NCBI GenBank assembly: GCA_012026655.1
Contig: JAAILG010000713.1
Coordinates: 1 to 64,000, forward strand
Length of the DNA: 64,000 nt
Direction: 5' to 3'
Origin: Hydrolagus affinis
Taxonomy: Eukaryota
Under the pieces are notes generated by a model. That model did not search any database and was not told the origin of the DNA. It saw nothing but the letters and a program-made list of their open reading frames with translations. Shown one piece after another: positions 52,584-64,000 of this stretch. The position numbers and the translations under genes are program-made. Each line of letters opens with the position of its first letter. Positions within the stretch are counted from its first letter, which is position 1.

Positions 52584-53256
52584 GTACAGTAATAGCTGCT
52601 CAGATTTGGTGAGCACTCAAGTCCTCAGTTAAAGTATTGCACAAAGCACTGCACTGTGCGCTTGGTATCTTGCCTACAAACACGCAGTCACTACAACAGC
52701 TTATATAGCGCCCTTCACGCGGAGTAGCTGACTACACTTTGCATCTCTCCTACAAACACACGACCACCCACACATTCACAGTGAAATCCCGGGAAGCACT
52801 TTGAGACGCCCTTCCGAATGGCGTGAAAGGCGCTGGAATGAATGCAAGCATCGTTCCCAGGACCTCATAGATGGAATAAACAGAATGAGGCAAGACTGAC
52901 GACTAAGTGGGGGTGTGGGGTGCAATGTTTTTTGTGGAGCTTTATTCACTGTGTGTGTCTTGGGTCTCCCCACATAGTCTCCATTTTGCGAAGAGCAAAG
53001 TAAAATACACGCAGGCTAGCCTGCTTTCATTACAGTATAAGATTCCCAGGAATAGCATCATCTGTGTTACGTGCCTGGGGCATTCTGTGTCCAATTTATT
53101 TTTGTGTAGCATGTTATGCTAATAGAGCACTTACTAGGAAAAACATTGTCATCTTAGGACCGAGTATGTATCCTTTTAATACATTGTGATAGCCTGCAAG
53201 GAAATACTGTCACCTGGATTTCCGACATAGTCTTAGCTACATTGGAACTACACCGT

Positions 53257-53432
53257 CAATCAAATCAAAACTTACATTTATATAGCTCCTTTCACATCGA
53301 GAGTACGTCCCAAGGCGCTGAACAATTAGGTAGAGACAAGAGCAGGGGGGAGGGGTTTGGGCAGGACGAAAAAGAGTAGGAAAATTGACTGTACATTTGT
53401 GGCAGCCAAATTGACAACAGCAGCGTCCCACT
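53257..53432 (-). mobile_element. SINE fragment with L2 type B tail (second copy)
   Basis: Same gagtaggaaaattgact junction as 10661-10677. Confidence 0.65.
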
Positions 53433-53448
53433 CATGGAAGTGGGAGTA

Positions 53449-53548
53449 NNNNNNNNNNNNNNNNNNNNNNNNNNNNNNNNNNNNNNNNNNNNNNNNNNNN
53501 NNNNNNNNNNNNNNNNNNNNNNNNNNNNNNNNNNNNNNNNNNNNNNNN
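53449..53548. other. Assembly gap (100 N) in intron 2
   Basis: Run of exactly 100 N next to a G/A-rich tract. True length unknown. Confidence 1.
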
Positions 53549-53679
53549 GAAGGCAAGGGGGGAGAGGGAGGGAAAGGTGGTGTAGAGCAAGGTCAGGGAG
53601 GAAGAGGGGGGACAAAGGGGGGGACAAAGGAGAGAGGGAGGGAAAGGTTGATAGTTGATACCCGTCTCTGTTGATAGCA

Positions 53680-53945
53680 GGGTTGTTGGTTCAAGCCCTA
53701 CGTCAGGATTTCAGTTTATTGTCTAATCTGACACTCCAATACATCCTTCGGATGAGACGTTAAACAGAGTGCCAATTTAGTGGGGCGGGTGGGGGGGGAA
53801 CTTTAAAGATCCCTCGGCTCTACTTGAAAAGAGAAGGATAGTTTCTCTCTCCTGCAATCCTGGCTGACAATCCTCCAGATAAAATTGGCCATCTTTTTCC
53901 CGGCTGTATGTAGGTCATTGCTATGCGCAAATTGTTCCTTCGAAA
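53680..53945 (+). mobile_element. Deu-domain SINE fragment
   Basis: ccttcggatgagacgttaaac...taaagatccc...cctggctgacaatcctccagataaaattgg...gctatgcgcaaatt. Confidence 0.7.
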
Positions 53946-55476
53946 CCGACAGTCTCTTGCGCTGGAGTGTCAGTTCGGACTGTCTTGAGCTTAAAGCCCC
54001 CCAACGTAGGGCTTGAAGCCACAAACCTTCCGGCTCAGAAGCAAGACTGCTACATGAATATTTCAGGGAGATTTCAATCCCCCGCTGCCTGGAGTTTCTG
54101 CAGTGATTTCCACTCGTTGCCCTGGTTTGCTCTGCATCAAGATGTAGGCAGAAATGGCACAGACTTCCCCTTATATAACAGTGGCTGCTGATGGAATAAT
54201 TCCATTATTACTAAGCAGGCCAACAGGCATGCTACATAACGATAATAACCATTTCATTTGATGTTGCGTCTCCAACCTTGAAATGCCCCACAGAGGGTAT
54301 TTGCAAAGATTCCCTTCAAAATCCCAACTCTTCTACTGCTTTTAAAAAACAAAGTAACAAATGTTCTGTCCTCCACAACCTCTGAGCTGTTCTGGGCAAT
54401 CCGGCTGCTATTATCATTGCCATTATCCCAAAGTGTACGTCTGTCCTCTCTGTCGTTAAAGTTCCCATAACACCATTCGAAAGGAGAAGAGAGTTCCCCC
54501 TGGTGTCCTGACCAACAATCCCCCAATAAAATTAGTCACTTGACTTCATGGGTATTATGAGACATTGCTGTGAGGAAATTGGCTGCCTCATTTGTCTGCA
54601 ACCTTACAGTATTTATATCAACACGCTAAAATCCCGTGACGCATGTTGAGATGTCTCCATAGCTTGTTAAGGAGCTATATCAAAAGTAATGACTACTATT
54701 TATGTGTTGTTAAGCCTCTGAAGTCTTTGAAAGTGCCCGAGGTCCAAGTCCTCTTTCCCCCAGCGTTGCATTGGAACACCAGCATAGACTATGTGAGCAC
54801 CAAGACCTGACATGGAGCTTAGCACACACAACCTTCTGACTCAGAGTCGAGGAAAGCTACTAACTGAACCAAGCGGGCAATTTTATCTCCCAATCCAAGC
54901 CCTTAAACCATGTAGACAGGCCCACGTTTCATGATAGCATGAGCTCTTGAGATGGTTGAGATGTCCGTTTTGCGGGAAGGGTATAAGGCCATGCAATCCC
55001 ACTCACGTTAACTAGCCACTCGTCGTCTCGACCACAGGAAAACAGGCAATGAGGGTGACGTTTCACACCAACGGGCCCTTCGTTTCATCTCTCAACACAT
55101 TGCCGACGTCTTGCCGAGCCGCAACAGGGCGCTAATTGATTTTATAATCAAATAATCCTGTTTGTCATGGATTGGACTGCCGGCTGCGGACACACAAAAG
55201 ACACTTACACGTTGGAAATTAAACCCATTACAGAGATAACAATGAAGGGGATGAGAAGACGGAGGGAGAGAGAGAGGGAAGGAGAGAGAGAGAGAGAGAG
55301 AGAGGGAGGAAGGGTAAGACAGTAAATGTCCATTTATAAAGAGAAAGCAGCTCCCTGGGGGAAGGCATGTTGCTGGCTGTATCACACCAATATCAATCTA
55401 ACATGCCTCACTTCACTGAGTTAGCCCCTAGCTATCTGTTAATTCATATAAATAGGTACAGGTTGTGTTTTTTCTG

Positions 55477-56117
55477 TGGGTGAATCACTCTCATTATCAT
55501 GTCACAGAGAACAGGTTGGGGAGGGTTACTGGGGAGGGTGGTGGTGGGGGTGGGGGTGACTGGACAGGTGACGAAGTCTCTGCAAAGAGACAAAGCAACA
55601 AGCAATGAGCCCTAAATCGGGACTTTGAGATCACAATCCAGGCTGGTGCTGGGAACTTGGGGTGAGGTGGGATGGGGCGGGGGCTGCATTGTCGGATGAA
55701 CTGAGTTAAACCGAGTTTCCTCTCTGCGCATGTTCCAGGGGACATCAACAATCCCTTGGCGCGGCTCGAAAAGGAAGAGGCATCTCTCTCTCCTGGGGTC
55801 CTGGCCGTATCCACCAGATAAACAATCGGTCACTCACTTACCAACTGTTTGTGAGATGTCCCTGCGTTCAGACTAACTGCCGCATTCACCCACAGCAAGC
55901 AGGGTCATCACATTTTCAGACCACCCACTCCACACCTTCAAATCCCACCCCTTACAGTCTCCCCTCTCTCTCCTCTCTTTACCCGCCCCCGGCTCATTGT
56001 CAGACTTTTTCCTTTGGGTGAAACACTCTCATTATCATGTCACAGAGAACGGGTTGGGAGGGTAACTGGGGAAGGGTGTTGGTGGGTGTGGGTGGGTGGG
56101 GGTGACTGGATAGGTGA
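55477..56117 (+). repeat. ~95-100-bp G-rich direct repeat (55477-55571 and 56015-56117) flanking a Deu-SINE fragment
   Basis: tgggtgaa.cactctcattatcatgtcacagagaac.ggttggg...ggtgactgga.aggtga occurs twice. Confidence 0.85.
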
Positions 56118-56244
56118 GGGCAGTGAGCCTTTGCCACATCTGCCACCACTGTCCGTCTAAAGAATTAAAGCGTCCCGCTTTGGTTTCTTCCAAACGCAAG
56201 TAGATCGCCCTGGCTTTTCTCCATATCTTAAAGCATCTTCACAC

Positions 56245-56617
56245 TTTCAAGACTGGAGTGAATAGATATTTGTTAGGTTAGGGTATCAAGCGATGTGGGG
56301 CAAGGCCAGGTAACTGGAGTTGAGGTACAGATCAGCCATAATAATAATAATAATAATCCTTGTGTTTGATAAAGCGCTTTTCACATCTTCTAGACGTCTC
56401 AAAGAATATACAAAGAGTAAGACATCTCACAGAATATGCTGTGAAGTGATCGTATATGTGTGGGCGAAATGCGACAGCCAATTGCGCACAATAGTGTCCC
56501 ACGAACAGTCGTGGATTGAAATGACCAATTTATTATTTGTTTTGAGGGATTAAATCTTATAAAATGGCGAAACAGCCTAGAGGAACTGAATGGTTTACTC
56601 TGTTCCTATACTCCTAT
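56245..56617 (+). mobile_element. CR1 3' end interrupted by an antisense SINE (~56338-56552)
   Basis: ...ttgaggtacagatcagccat[SINE]aatcttataaaatggcg...gaatggtttactctgttcctat rejoins into a CR1 3' UTR. Confidence 0.75.
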
Positions 56618-56989
56618 GAAACCTGTACTGCTTTAAGAAAAGTGGATTTCTTAAACAATTTCAAGCCGTAATTCATTTCGTAAAAAGAAATTCGTCTTTG
56701 AAGGACTCAACCCTATGAAATTTGCTTAAGACAGATTAACTTTACAAACCTCTGCAATGAAGATTATGAGTAGCACAAACGGAATCAAATTAAATTAGAT
56801 CACGGATGTGTTTTTAGACTTGCTCCGTGAGAGTGTTTGTGTCAATGGCGAAAAGGTGGCATGAAAATGTGAATGACATGTTGATTTGTTCAAGGAACAA
56901 GGAGTGGTGTGTGCGGGGAGTAGGATCTTGCTGGAGCAGGGGTTAAGATGGGGAAGTCAGAAGCAGTGTTTGAGAGGGGGTGTGGACAC

Positions 56990-57217
56990 CACCTTCAGCC
57001 ACAACGCCCCGAAGATCTGGAATTCCCTTCCTCACTCCCCTCGCCTCGCCCCCTCCCTCCTTTCCTATTTTCACGGCTAAAGATCTTTCTTTTTGACCGT
57101 GCTTTCGGCCACCTTTTCCCCGCCCCCCCCGGCTCGGCCGTGGGATCCGTTATTGTGAAGCGCTATGAGATGCCGTCTGGCATGGAGGGCGCTATATAAA
57201 TCCAAGTTGTTGTTGTT
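56990..57217 (+). mobile_element. L2 LINE 3' end (tail type A)
   Basis: FSHNAPKIWNSLP...LKIFLFDRAF, then ccgttattgtgaagcgctatgagatg...gcgctatataaatccaagttgttgttgtt. Confidence 0.85.
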
Positions 57218-57483
57218 GGACAAGGGGGTTTGGGAGGGAGTGTTGAGGAGAGAGGTGGGCGGAAGGGGAGATAAGAGGGGAGTTGAGAGAGGGAGAGGAG
57301 CTCATAAGGATCCATACGAGCAAAATAAAAATAAATAGCTATTGGTGACTGAGTGTAGCCTTTGAGGCATTTTATTATGGTAGAAAATCGTTTCAAACGA
57401 TCTTCTTATTTCACGTTCTCGAGGCTGCAGATATTCTGCATTCATTTTTGCCTTGCAACGAAGTAAAGCATTGCATTGATTAT

Positions 57484-57795
57484 CCCGTAGCTCAGTGGTT
57501 AGAGCACTCGCCTTACAAGCGTGAGACCTGTGTTCGATTCTGGGCAGGTCAGGGTGAAACCTTAGGCAAGTTTCCTTACTCCACACACCTGATAATAATC
57601 CCTCAAAAAAAAGATAAATAAATTAGTCATTTCAATCCAAGACTGTTTGTGGGACACTGCTGTGTGCAATTGGCTGTCGCATTTTGCCCAAATATACTGT
57701 CATTTCACTTCACAATACAGTCTGTGAAGCACGTTGAGACGTCATGAAGACGTGATAAGGCGCTATATCAAATGCAAGAGTTATTATATTATTAT
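57484..57795 (+). mobile_element. tRNA-derived SINE, full length
   Basis: gtagctcagtggttagagcactcgccttacaagcgtgagacctgtgttcgattc head, body and tail. Confidence 0.88.
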
Positions 57796-58613
57796 ATCCT
57801 CTCATCACATTCCTTGTCGCTCAAAGAACATCAGTTAAATCATCTTATTCCTGGCAATAGTATAACCCAATGTTCCCCAACTAACCCCCCACCCCACCAT
57901 ATATGCTACTCAAGGTTAGAGCAGTAATCCTTTGATAATTTCTGTCGCTGTTCAACATGTGCAGTGACACAGAAAGCGGACAATGAGAAATGTCTTTTGT
58001 TGTTGTTTTAACGCTGTGTAAGTAAGCAGGAATTCTTTTGGGAGGTGGGGGTGCCTGACACACATGGAAAATGATCACTGTGCCTCAGAGTATCCAAAGC
58101 AAACTGAGGATCCCACGCATGCCACCTACACGTGGAAATGCATCCGCTGACATTCAGGTGTTGGGAGCAGCCTTGAGATACGACCCTCAAGCACAATGGC
58201 GCCTTTGTTAAAATACCGCATGACGTGGTACCGTTCCTGCACAATGGAAATGACATTTGCCCAGCGCAAATGCCATTTGCGCATCGGGAGGACATCCCAA
58301 AGCACTGACTGGGCACCCGAGCACAGATACAAAATACAATACTATCCAAATTTACATTTGTATAGCCCCTGTTGTCGTCCTCCTCCCTCCCCCCCCCACC
58401 CCCCACCGTCGTCAGCCTTAGCGTTTAAGGCGTTACTACACAAGTGTAATTTTATTGTTGTTTTTGTCACGTCGGGAGTGTGTGTGTGGGGTGCTGGGAG
58501 AGAAGGCTAACTGGACGCTCGGTCAAAGAGCCATGCTTTTAAGACGGTGGGGGCGATGGGGAGAGTAGGAGAGACTCTGGGTCTCACGTGTGAATGCCTT
58601 CTGTCCTGTGCAG

Positions 58614-58738
58614 TGCTGCAGGAGGCTGTGAGTACCAGAGATCTGGAGTTGGTTCAGCTACTTCTTCGTTACCGTGACTACCAAAGGTCCATCAAGCGCC
58701 TCTCGGGGATCCCGTGTCTGCTGGAGAAACTCCGTCAG
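58614..58738 (+). CDS. ANKRD13B: ANKRD13B coding exon 3 (VLQEAVSTRDLELVQLLLRYRDYQRSIKRLSGIPCLLEKLRQ)
   Basis: Acceptor ttctgtcctgtgcag|, 125 nt, donor CAG|GTAACC. Split codon G|TG gives Val. VSTRDLELVQL is typical of ANKRD13B. Confidence 0.96.
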
Positions 58739-58774
58739 GTAACCTTCCAAACGTCTGCCCCGTCCGCTTATCAA

Positions 58775-59050
58775 AGTCCTACAGCGTAGTGGTTAGAGTG
58801 CTCGCCTCGCAAACATCAGGACCCAGGTTCACTTCTCAGGCAGTGCAAACCCTTAGGCAAGTTTCCTTACTCCTCACACCTCAGTTTACTTAGTCCAGGA
58901 AGCAGGAACCCGGTTGTTAATCAATTGCCTGATCGCTTTCCGGGGATAATTATCTTCCTCTCTCCTCCCCACAAAAAAATTATTTGGTCCCTCAGTCCCC
59001 GACTATCTGTGGGGCACTGCTGGGTGTAGTTTGCTGTGGCGTTTTGCCCT
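58775..59050 (+). mobile_element. tRNA-derived SINE, long form, 3'-truncated, ~36 bp downstream of exon 3
   Basis: agtcctacagcgtagtggttagagtgctcgcc...ccttaggcaagtttccttactcctcacacctcagtttactta. Confidence 0.75.
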
Positions 59051-59185
59051 TCCCACCCCCCCCCTCCCCCTTAATATCAACCTGGCACAGTGTTGTGGGC
59101 CTGATGCCAGATGCCAATCCCAAGTGAGAACGTTGGGGTGTAATTGTTACGCAAATTCAAACTTACTTTCATTTGCTTCTGGCAG

Positions 59186-59231
59186 GCGCAGGATTTTTAC
59201 GTTGAAATGAAGTGGGAGTTCACCAGCTGGG
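59186..59231 (+). CDS. ANKRD13B: ANKRD13B coding exon 4 (AQDFYVEMKWEFTSW)
   Basis: Acceptor tttgcttctggcag|, 46 nt, donor G|GTAAGT. Conserved ANKRD13-family DFYVEMKWEFTSW motif. Confidence 0.96.
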
Positions 59232-59954
59232 GTAAGTTTAACCCTCTCAGCGCCGGTGGCAAAAGGACAGGTGGCATAGTTCATGAGATTAAGGGCCTTA
59301 GCAACAGAAGACCCCACCCCTCAGCAGAGAGCTTGTGTGAAATTAAAGCCTACAGGATTCACCACTAAATTTCCGAAGCGTTGACATTAAAATTCTAACC
59401 ATCAGGGGGGAAATATCAACCTCTCACCCATTATTACTATATATATCTACATAAATCCTCTACAATCCTCTTGTTATTAGTGGATTTGTTCTGGTCCCAG
59501 ATGATGCTTAATTGCAGTTGGCATAGCAACAATCATGTTAGCTCCATAGAGGAAAGAAACATCACTTTGCTTTGTGGCTGCCGCTTTGCAACAATGCAGT
59601 TTGATAGTTCTATCGCAGTTCCGAAGACACCCTTAAAAGACCAGGCGATCTGCAATAGCAGTTCAGGCCCCAGTTACACCGAGAGGAGGGGATTAAGGTG
59701 CCTCTGATGGGCTTGCGAGCTGCAGTAGGTGCTACCTTTGAACCAGAGATCTTAGCTTTGTGAATTCTCTTGGCTCCCAGCCTGTAACTGCGAGGAGAGC
59801 TTTTACATCTTGCCATCCACCCACTGTGCAAAGGCACAATCCACAGCACGGGGGCTAGAGCGCACACCTGTGACAAGCTTCTCACTGGCATCCGCTCTGT
59901 TGCGGCACTTAGCCTTAGCCTCCAACTCCCCACCTCCCCCCCCCCCCACATCTG

Positions 59955-60165
59955 AGAATCATAGAATCCTACAGCACCCAAGGAGGCCATTCAGCCCATC
60001 ATGTCCGTGCCAGCTCTTTGAAAGAACTATCCAATTAGTGCCACTCCCCCACTCTTTCCCCATAGCTTTGCAATACTATTTCTTTTCACGTACATATCTA
60101 CTTCGCTTTTGAAATTATTATTGAATCTGCTTCCATTGTTACCCTTTCAGATAGTACATTCCAGT
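59955..60165 (-). mobile_element. CR1 LINE 3' end
   Basis: agaatcatagaatcctacagcacccaaggaggccattcagcccatc is the reverse complement of the canonical CR1 (ATTCT-repeat) terminus. Confidence 0.8.
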
Positions 60166-60911
60166 TCATCGCTGACCGTTTAAACAGGTTTGCGTTCCCA
60201 AATGTTTGCCCTGACATTGGCCAATGTCCGCAAATTTAAAGTCTTATCCAAAAGCCAACGCATTTGATGAAGCAGTGTTTCTCCCCTCTCCATCCAGAAT
60301 AGTCTAATGGGCTCACAGAGGTGCTTGCTTCACCTCGGGTTTGAACCCAAAACCTTCTGACCCTGAGGTGAGAGTACTTCGGTCTGAGCATCCAAGCCTC
60401 AGTTTGTGTAGCCACCACCAGGTCACTTTGTGGGGATTTTGTCCCCCATTCTTCTCGCTGACCAGACCTATTGAGCGAGCCCCAGTCCCCAAAGAGACCG
60501 CCTTCCATCGGCATCGATGCGAGTCTCGTCGGTGTGGGCTGAGGAGTCAACACTGACAAGACATGCAAAGCCAGCTTAAGGAACGCTCTGATCTCCACTG
60601 TGCATTTTTTACCCAAATCGCAGCACTTCCCATTATAGGAATGAGAAACAAGCTGAGATGTGCTTCCAAAGCTGTGCGGCACTTGCTATTGGCGCTTGCT
60701 ATTTCTGGATACACTGAGGGGAATTCTGTAGAAGGCAAGCTGTTCTGCAATCTACATCAGTGCTGGACATTCCCGAATCTCTTTTCTTCAGCTCCGTAAT
60801 AAAAAAAAGCCCCTTTAGTACACACTGTTGTCAGCTTAGTGTTTGCTGGAGCGATGGGGCAAGGCAAATTCTCTCATCCAGGACCCCGCGCTAGGTGTGG
60901 AGTGAGAGTTG

Positions 60912-60930
60912 CAGCACCACCTGGAGGCCA
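60912..60930 (-). promoter_or_regulatory. Candidate CTCF site
   Basis: The - strand reads TGGCCTCCAGGTGGTGCTG, a close match to the CTCF core TGGCCACCAGGGGGCGCTA. Motif match only. Confidence 0.4.
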
Positions 60931-61188
60931 CTGTCCACACAGCAGCTTCTTCCAGGAACCGTAAGAATATAAGCAACATAAGAAATGCTAGAAGAAAAAA
61001 GACTCAAATGAAGATCCACCTTATTCCCTTTACATCTTGTTGGCGGTCGCATGACACCACTGCAGTGTAAATGCAGGTTTGTTCATTACGAGGCAATCTC
61101 AGGATAAACGTGCGGCTGATTAATAAATTTCTCCCCCCCCCCAACCCAACAATTACTATTGTTGTTGTCATCGTTTGACTCTGCGCAG

Positions 61189-61332
61189 TGCCCTTGGTCT
61201 CCAAGATCTGCCCGAGTGACACGTACCGTGTGTGGAAGAGTGGCCAGAATCTGCGAGTGGACACGACACTGCTCGGCTTCGATCATATGACCTGGCAACG
61301 AGGGAGCCGCAGCTTTGTCTTCAAAGGGCAAG
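61189..61332 (+). CDS. ANKRD13B: ANKRD13B coding exon 5 ([48 protein letters not shown]); gene continues past the window end
   Basis: Acceptor tttgactctgcgcag|, 144 nt, donor G|GTCAGC. Near-identical to the ANKRD13B sequence as I recall it (start of the GPCR-chaperone domain). Confidence 0.96.
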
Positions 61333-64000
61333 GTCAGCTTGGACAGTCGGGCTGTCAGTTACTTTGCGCTCGGGCCCTCAGTGTAACAGTGTCACATCTC
61401 AGAGAGCTTTGGATGGCCAGATAGCGATAACACTAACAATAAAACGTGCATTTTTGCTCTTATCACATCGCTGATAAGATGCTGAGCAGGAGGGTGAGAC
61501 ATTCAGGGGGCTGGTGACATGACAGCATTATATGAGAAGGGACGAGACTGATACGGAAGGGAGGGATGCAGAGAGGCATTCGGACGGGTGGGAGGCTCAT
61601 ATGTAATCACTGACTGGTTCTGACGAGTTGGGCTGAATGACTTGTTTGATTGCTATAGAATATACCCAATTCTAGTTCAGCATCGGAAGGAGAGAGGGTT
61701 AGCAGCTGAAAAAATACTTGCTGTAGTGCGTTAATAAATTTTAGTGGAATGAGTGATGCCATTTATGGTACTTTAAAGGATTGAATCAATGTATGATTAA
61801 ATCCCCCTCCCCCAGCCTGAAAAAAATCACACATTCCCTTGTCAATAATTATTATTTTCTACATTGATTGATTTTGATAAATAGTTAATTTGTGGGTTTT
61901 AATGAATAATGAATGAAAGCACTGGCAACGGTTAATAGATAAAAAAAAAAGTCTGTTGAATGTGAGATATAAACTGGGGAGTTAGTGGCTCTAATTAAAT
62001 AGTATAAATTAATGGCCAACGAATCAATTATATGAGTTGTGTTACTATGAACCTGAACATCCCCAGTTTTTGTTAAGGATGTTAATCTTCTCAACTCTAG
62101 ACCTGTTTCTTGGTTCCTTTCCATGACTATATTTCATTATTAAAGTCTCGCCCACAAAATACACAGTCCATTCACTTTACAGCATATTCTGTGAAGTGCT
62201 TTGAGACGTCTCGAGCACGTGATAAGGCGCTCTATCAAATCCAAGGATTATAATTATCATTAATATATTGTTATCATTATAACTTACCTCCCGTGTGTGG
62301 CTTTTTTCCGAGTTGAGAAGTTATTTTTGTCCTAAATCTGGAGTTTACACTGACGAGGAAAAAGGGATCAAACAAAACAATTGATTCCATAGGGGGAATA
62401 AACATGGAATAATAATCCAGTTGAGCTAATTAACATGGATATTTCATTGAAGCTGTTTCTTGATGCCATCTGAGAATCCATTTGGACTTTGCCATCTGTT
62501 CAAGCTTTAAACACTGGGGTGTTATTATATTAAGTCACTACACCATGTCTGACGAGGATAAGCAGCGTTGATTTAATTGCTGGACCGATGGAGTTTGTGG
62601 TGTTGAAACAAAATGATCAAGTGAGTCCCTGGCTTCACACCCTGACGTCTCCATAGGCTTGGCTTGTGTAGTAGTACAAATACCAGGTCAGTACGGACAG
62701 TTAGGCTAAGTGGTCTGCTTGGGTCCTTGTGTAATTCGTGGCACAGGAATCTCTGTGAGTAAATGCATTGCATTGATTGCCTTTCAGACCAGAAGCCCAA
62801 AGTGCCAAACCCCAGTAGTTTCTACGGTGGTGACTACATTTTGAAGACAAAGTTATAATAATAATAATAATCCTTGCATTTGATACACCGGCTTATCACG
62901 TCTTCAAGATGTTTCAAAGCGCTTCACCGCATATAGTGTAAAGTGAATGAAGTGAATTTTGTGGGAGTTGAAAAGGATGAAAAGGTTATGTAACTGTTAG
63001 AAGTGATTATTGGGCGGATGTCTCAAAGTGCTTAACGCGACTGGAATTTACTGGTAATTACCCCCAAGCCAAAAACACAAAACACAGTGATGGCCTCAAG
63101 TTAACCGTTGGTTGTCCAACCAAATAGTTAATGCTTAGCAGGAGAGAGGGAGGGAGGGATGGGGCGAATTTTCTCATTACACTCTGTTTAAGCCGCGGCG
63201 AATCAATACGTTTAGATAAATGCTTTATTGGAGTCAGTTGTAATTGGGAAATTGATTGAAATAATGACGCTTGAGTAGAGAAGAATGAGGTTGCCTCCAT
63301 TTGCCCCTTTAATTAATTGGATTTACTGCTGATGCAATTGAATTTACACAGTCGTGACGCTGCGTGCTTTGTTTATTGTTTCCCGAGCATCCCCAAATCA
63401 AAGGCTCGGGATTTGCTTCCTCCAGAAAGATTTTAGTCAGCGGAAAAGCTGTCAGACTTTCGCCTGCGGAACACACAGAGTAACATCCTGCAAAAGCACT
63501 TTTGAGACATCCCGATGATACAATATGGCGCCGCATCCAAATCAAGGAAAAGCAACACTCACTGCAGCAATTTTCTGTTTAATTCAGTGGCTCTAAAGTG
63601 CTATTTCATGCCGCTAAATATTCATGAGATTATTTGAATCGAGCTCACAATGATCTTTTATAGTAGTTTGGTAGAATTATGGATATTGATATTGACTCAA
63701 TGTGAAAACCTATTTCTGGGTGAATGAAGAGGATCAAGTCTTATGTTTAGGACATGACTGAAGCATTCTTCACAAATCCTTCAGATGCAACACACGCTCA
63801 GCCACCCTTGAATGGCCAAGGTAGATGGAGCTACTTCAATTCAAATCAAAACCTGGAGGCATTCATAACCTCCCCCTCTCCTCAGAAACCCATTTAAAAG
63901 CAGCTAATAATAGTAATGCCAAGAATCCTTGCACTTGATATAGCGGTTTCCCTATCTTCCAGACATCGCAAAGCGCTTCACAGAATGTACAGTAAAGTAA

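Larger units (their letters stand above)
3690..64000. mobile_element. Dispersed 3'-only fragments of the same SINE families (roughly 30 or more further copies, e.g. 6570-6870, 7215-7455, 12600-12765, 21225-21410, 45150-45360, 48055-48470, 49735-49960, 62140-62270, 63905-64000)
   Basis: The recurring motif aataataatccttgcatttgatatagcgc...tctcaaagcgcttcacagaatatactgtaaagtgaattgactgtat and its reverse complement. Count is by eye. Confidence 0.85.

Noticed and set aside
53449-53548. Possible missing exon hidden in the N gap
   Set aside because: Exons 2 and 3 join in frame (GWT-V-LQEA) with no residues missing relative to ANKRD13B as I recall it.
57484-57552. tRNA-like sequence with A and B boxes and a TAC anticodon-like loop (also at 27570-27636, 31521, 43307)
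   Set aside because: No proper acceptor stem, and every copy runs into the SINE body. These are SINE heads, not tRNA genes.
6570-64000. Many short ORFs sharing [13 protein letters not shown] / KCKDYYY peptides, suggesting a repeated gene family or CRISPR-like array
   Set aside because: These are translations of the dispersed SINE tail. Spacing is irregular and the context is eukaryotic.

Overview
Vertebrate genomic DNA, most likely a cartilaginous fish. The repeat landscape fits a holocephalan such as Callorhinchus milii (inference). The window holds the 5' part of ANKRD13B on the + strand: five coding exons (480-578, 52448-52583, 58614-58738, 59186-59231, 61189-61332) with canonical GT-AG sites and consistent phases, and a 51.9-kb first intron. 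The gene continues beyond the window. The introns are packed with a young tRNA-headed SINE family (dozens of copies in both orientations), older Deu-domain SINEs, L2 and CR1 LINE 3' fragments, two Tigger/pogo-type MITEs nested in SINEs, a Penelope-type palindrome, microsatellites, and a 100-N gap. I found no second protein-coding gene and no convincing new multi-gene system. The best leads are five independent intronic fold-back structures (a 146-bp inverted repeat, a perfect 32-bp L2-derived hairpin, a 110-nt multi-helix hairpin, a hammerhead-derived palindrome and a 14-bp hairpin), a chain of ATGA-overlapping uORFs at the start codon, MITEs nested in the same SINE segment, and a SINE subfamily that swapped its LINE tail. 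Repeat boundaries are read by eye and are approximate.
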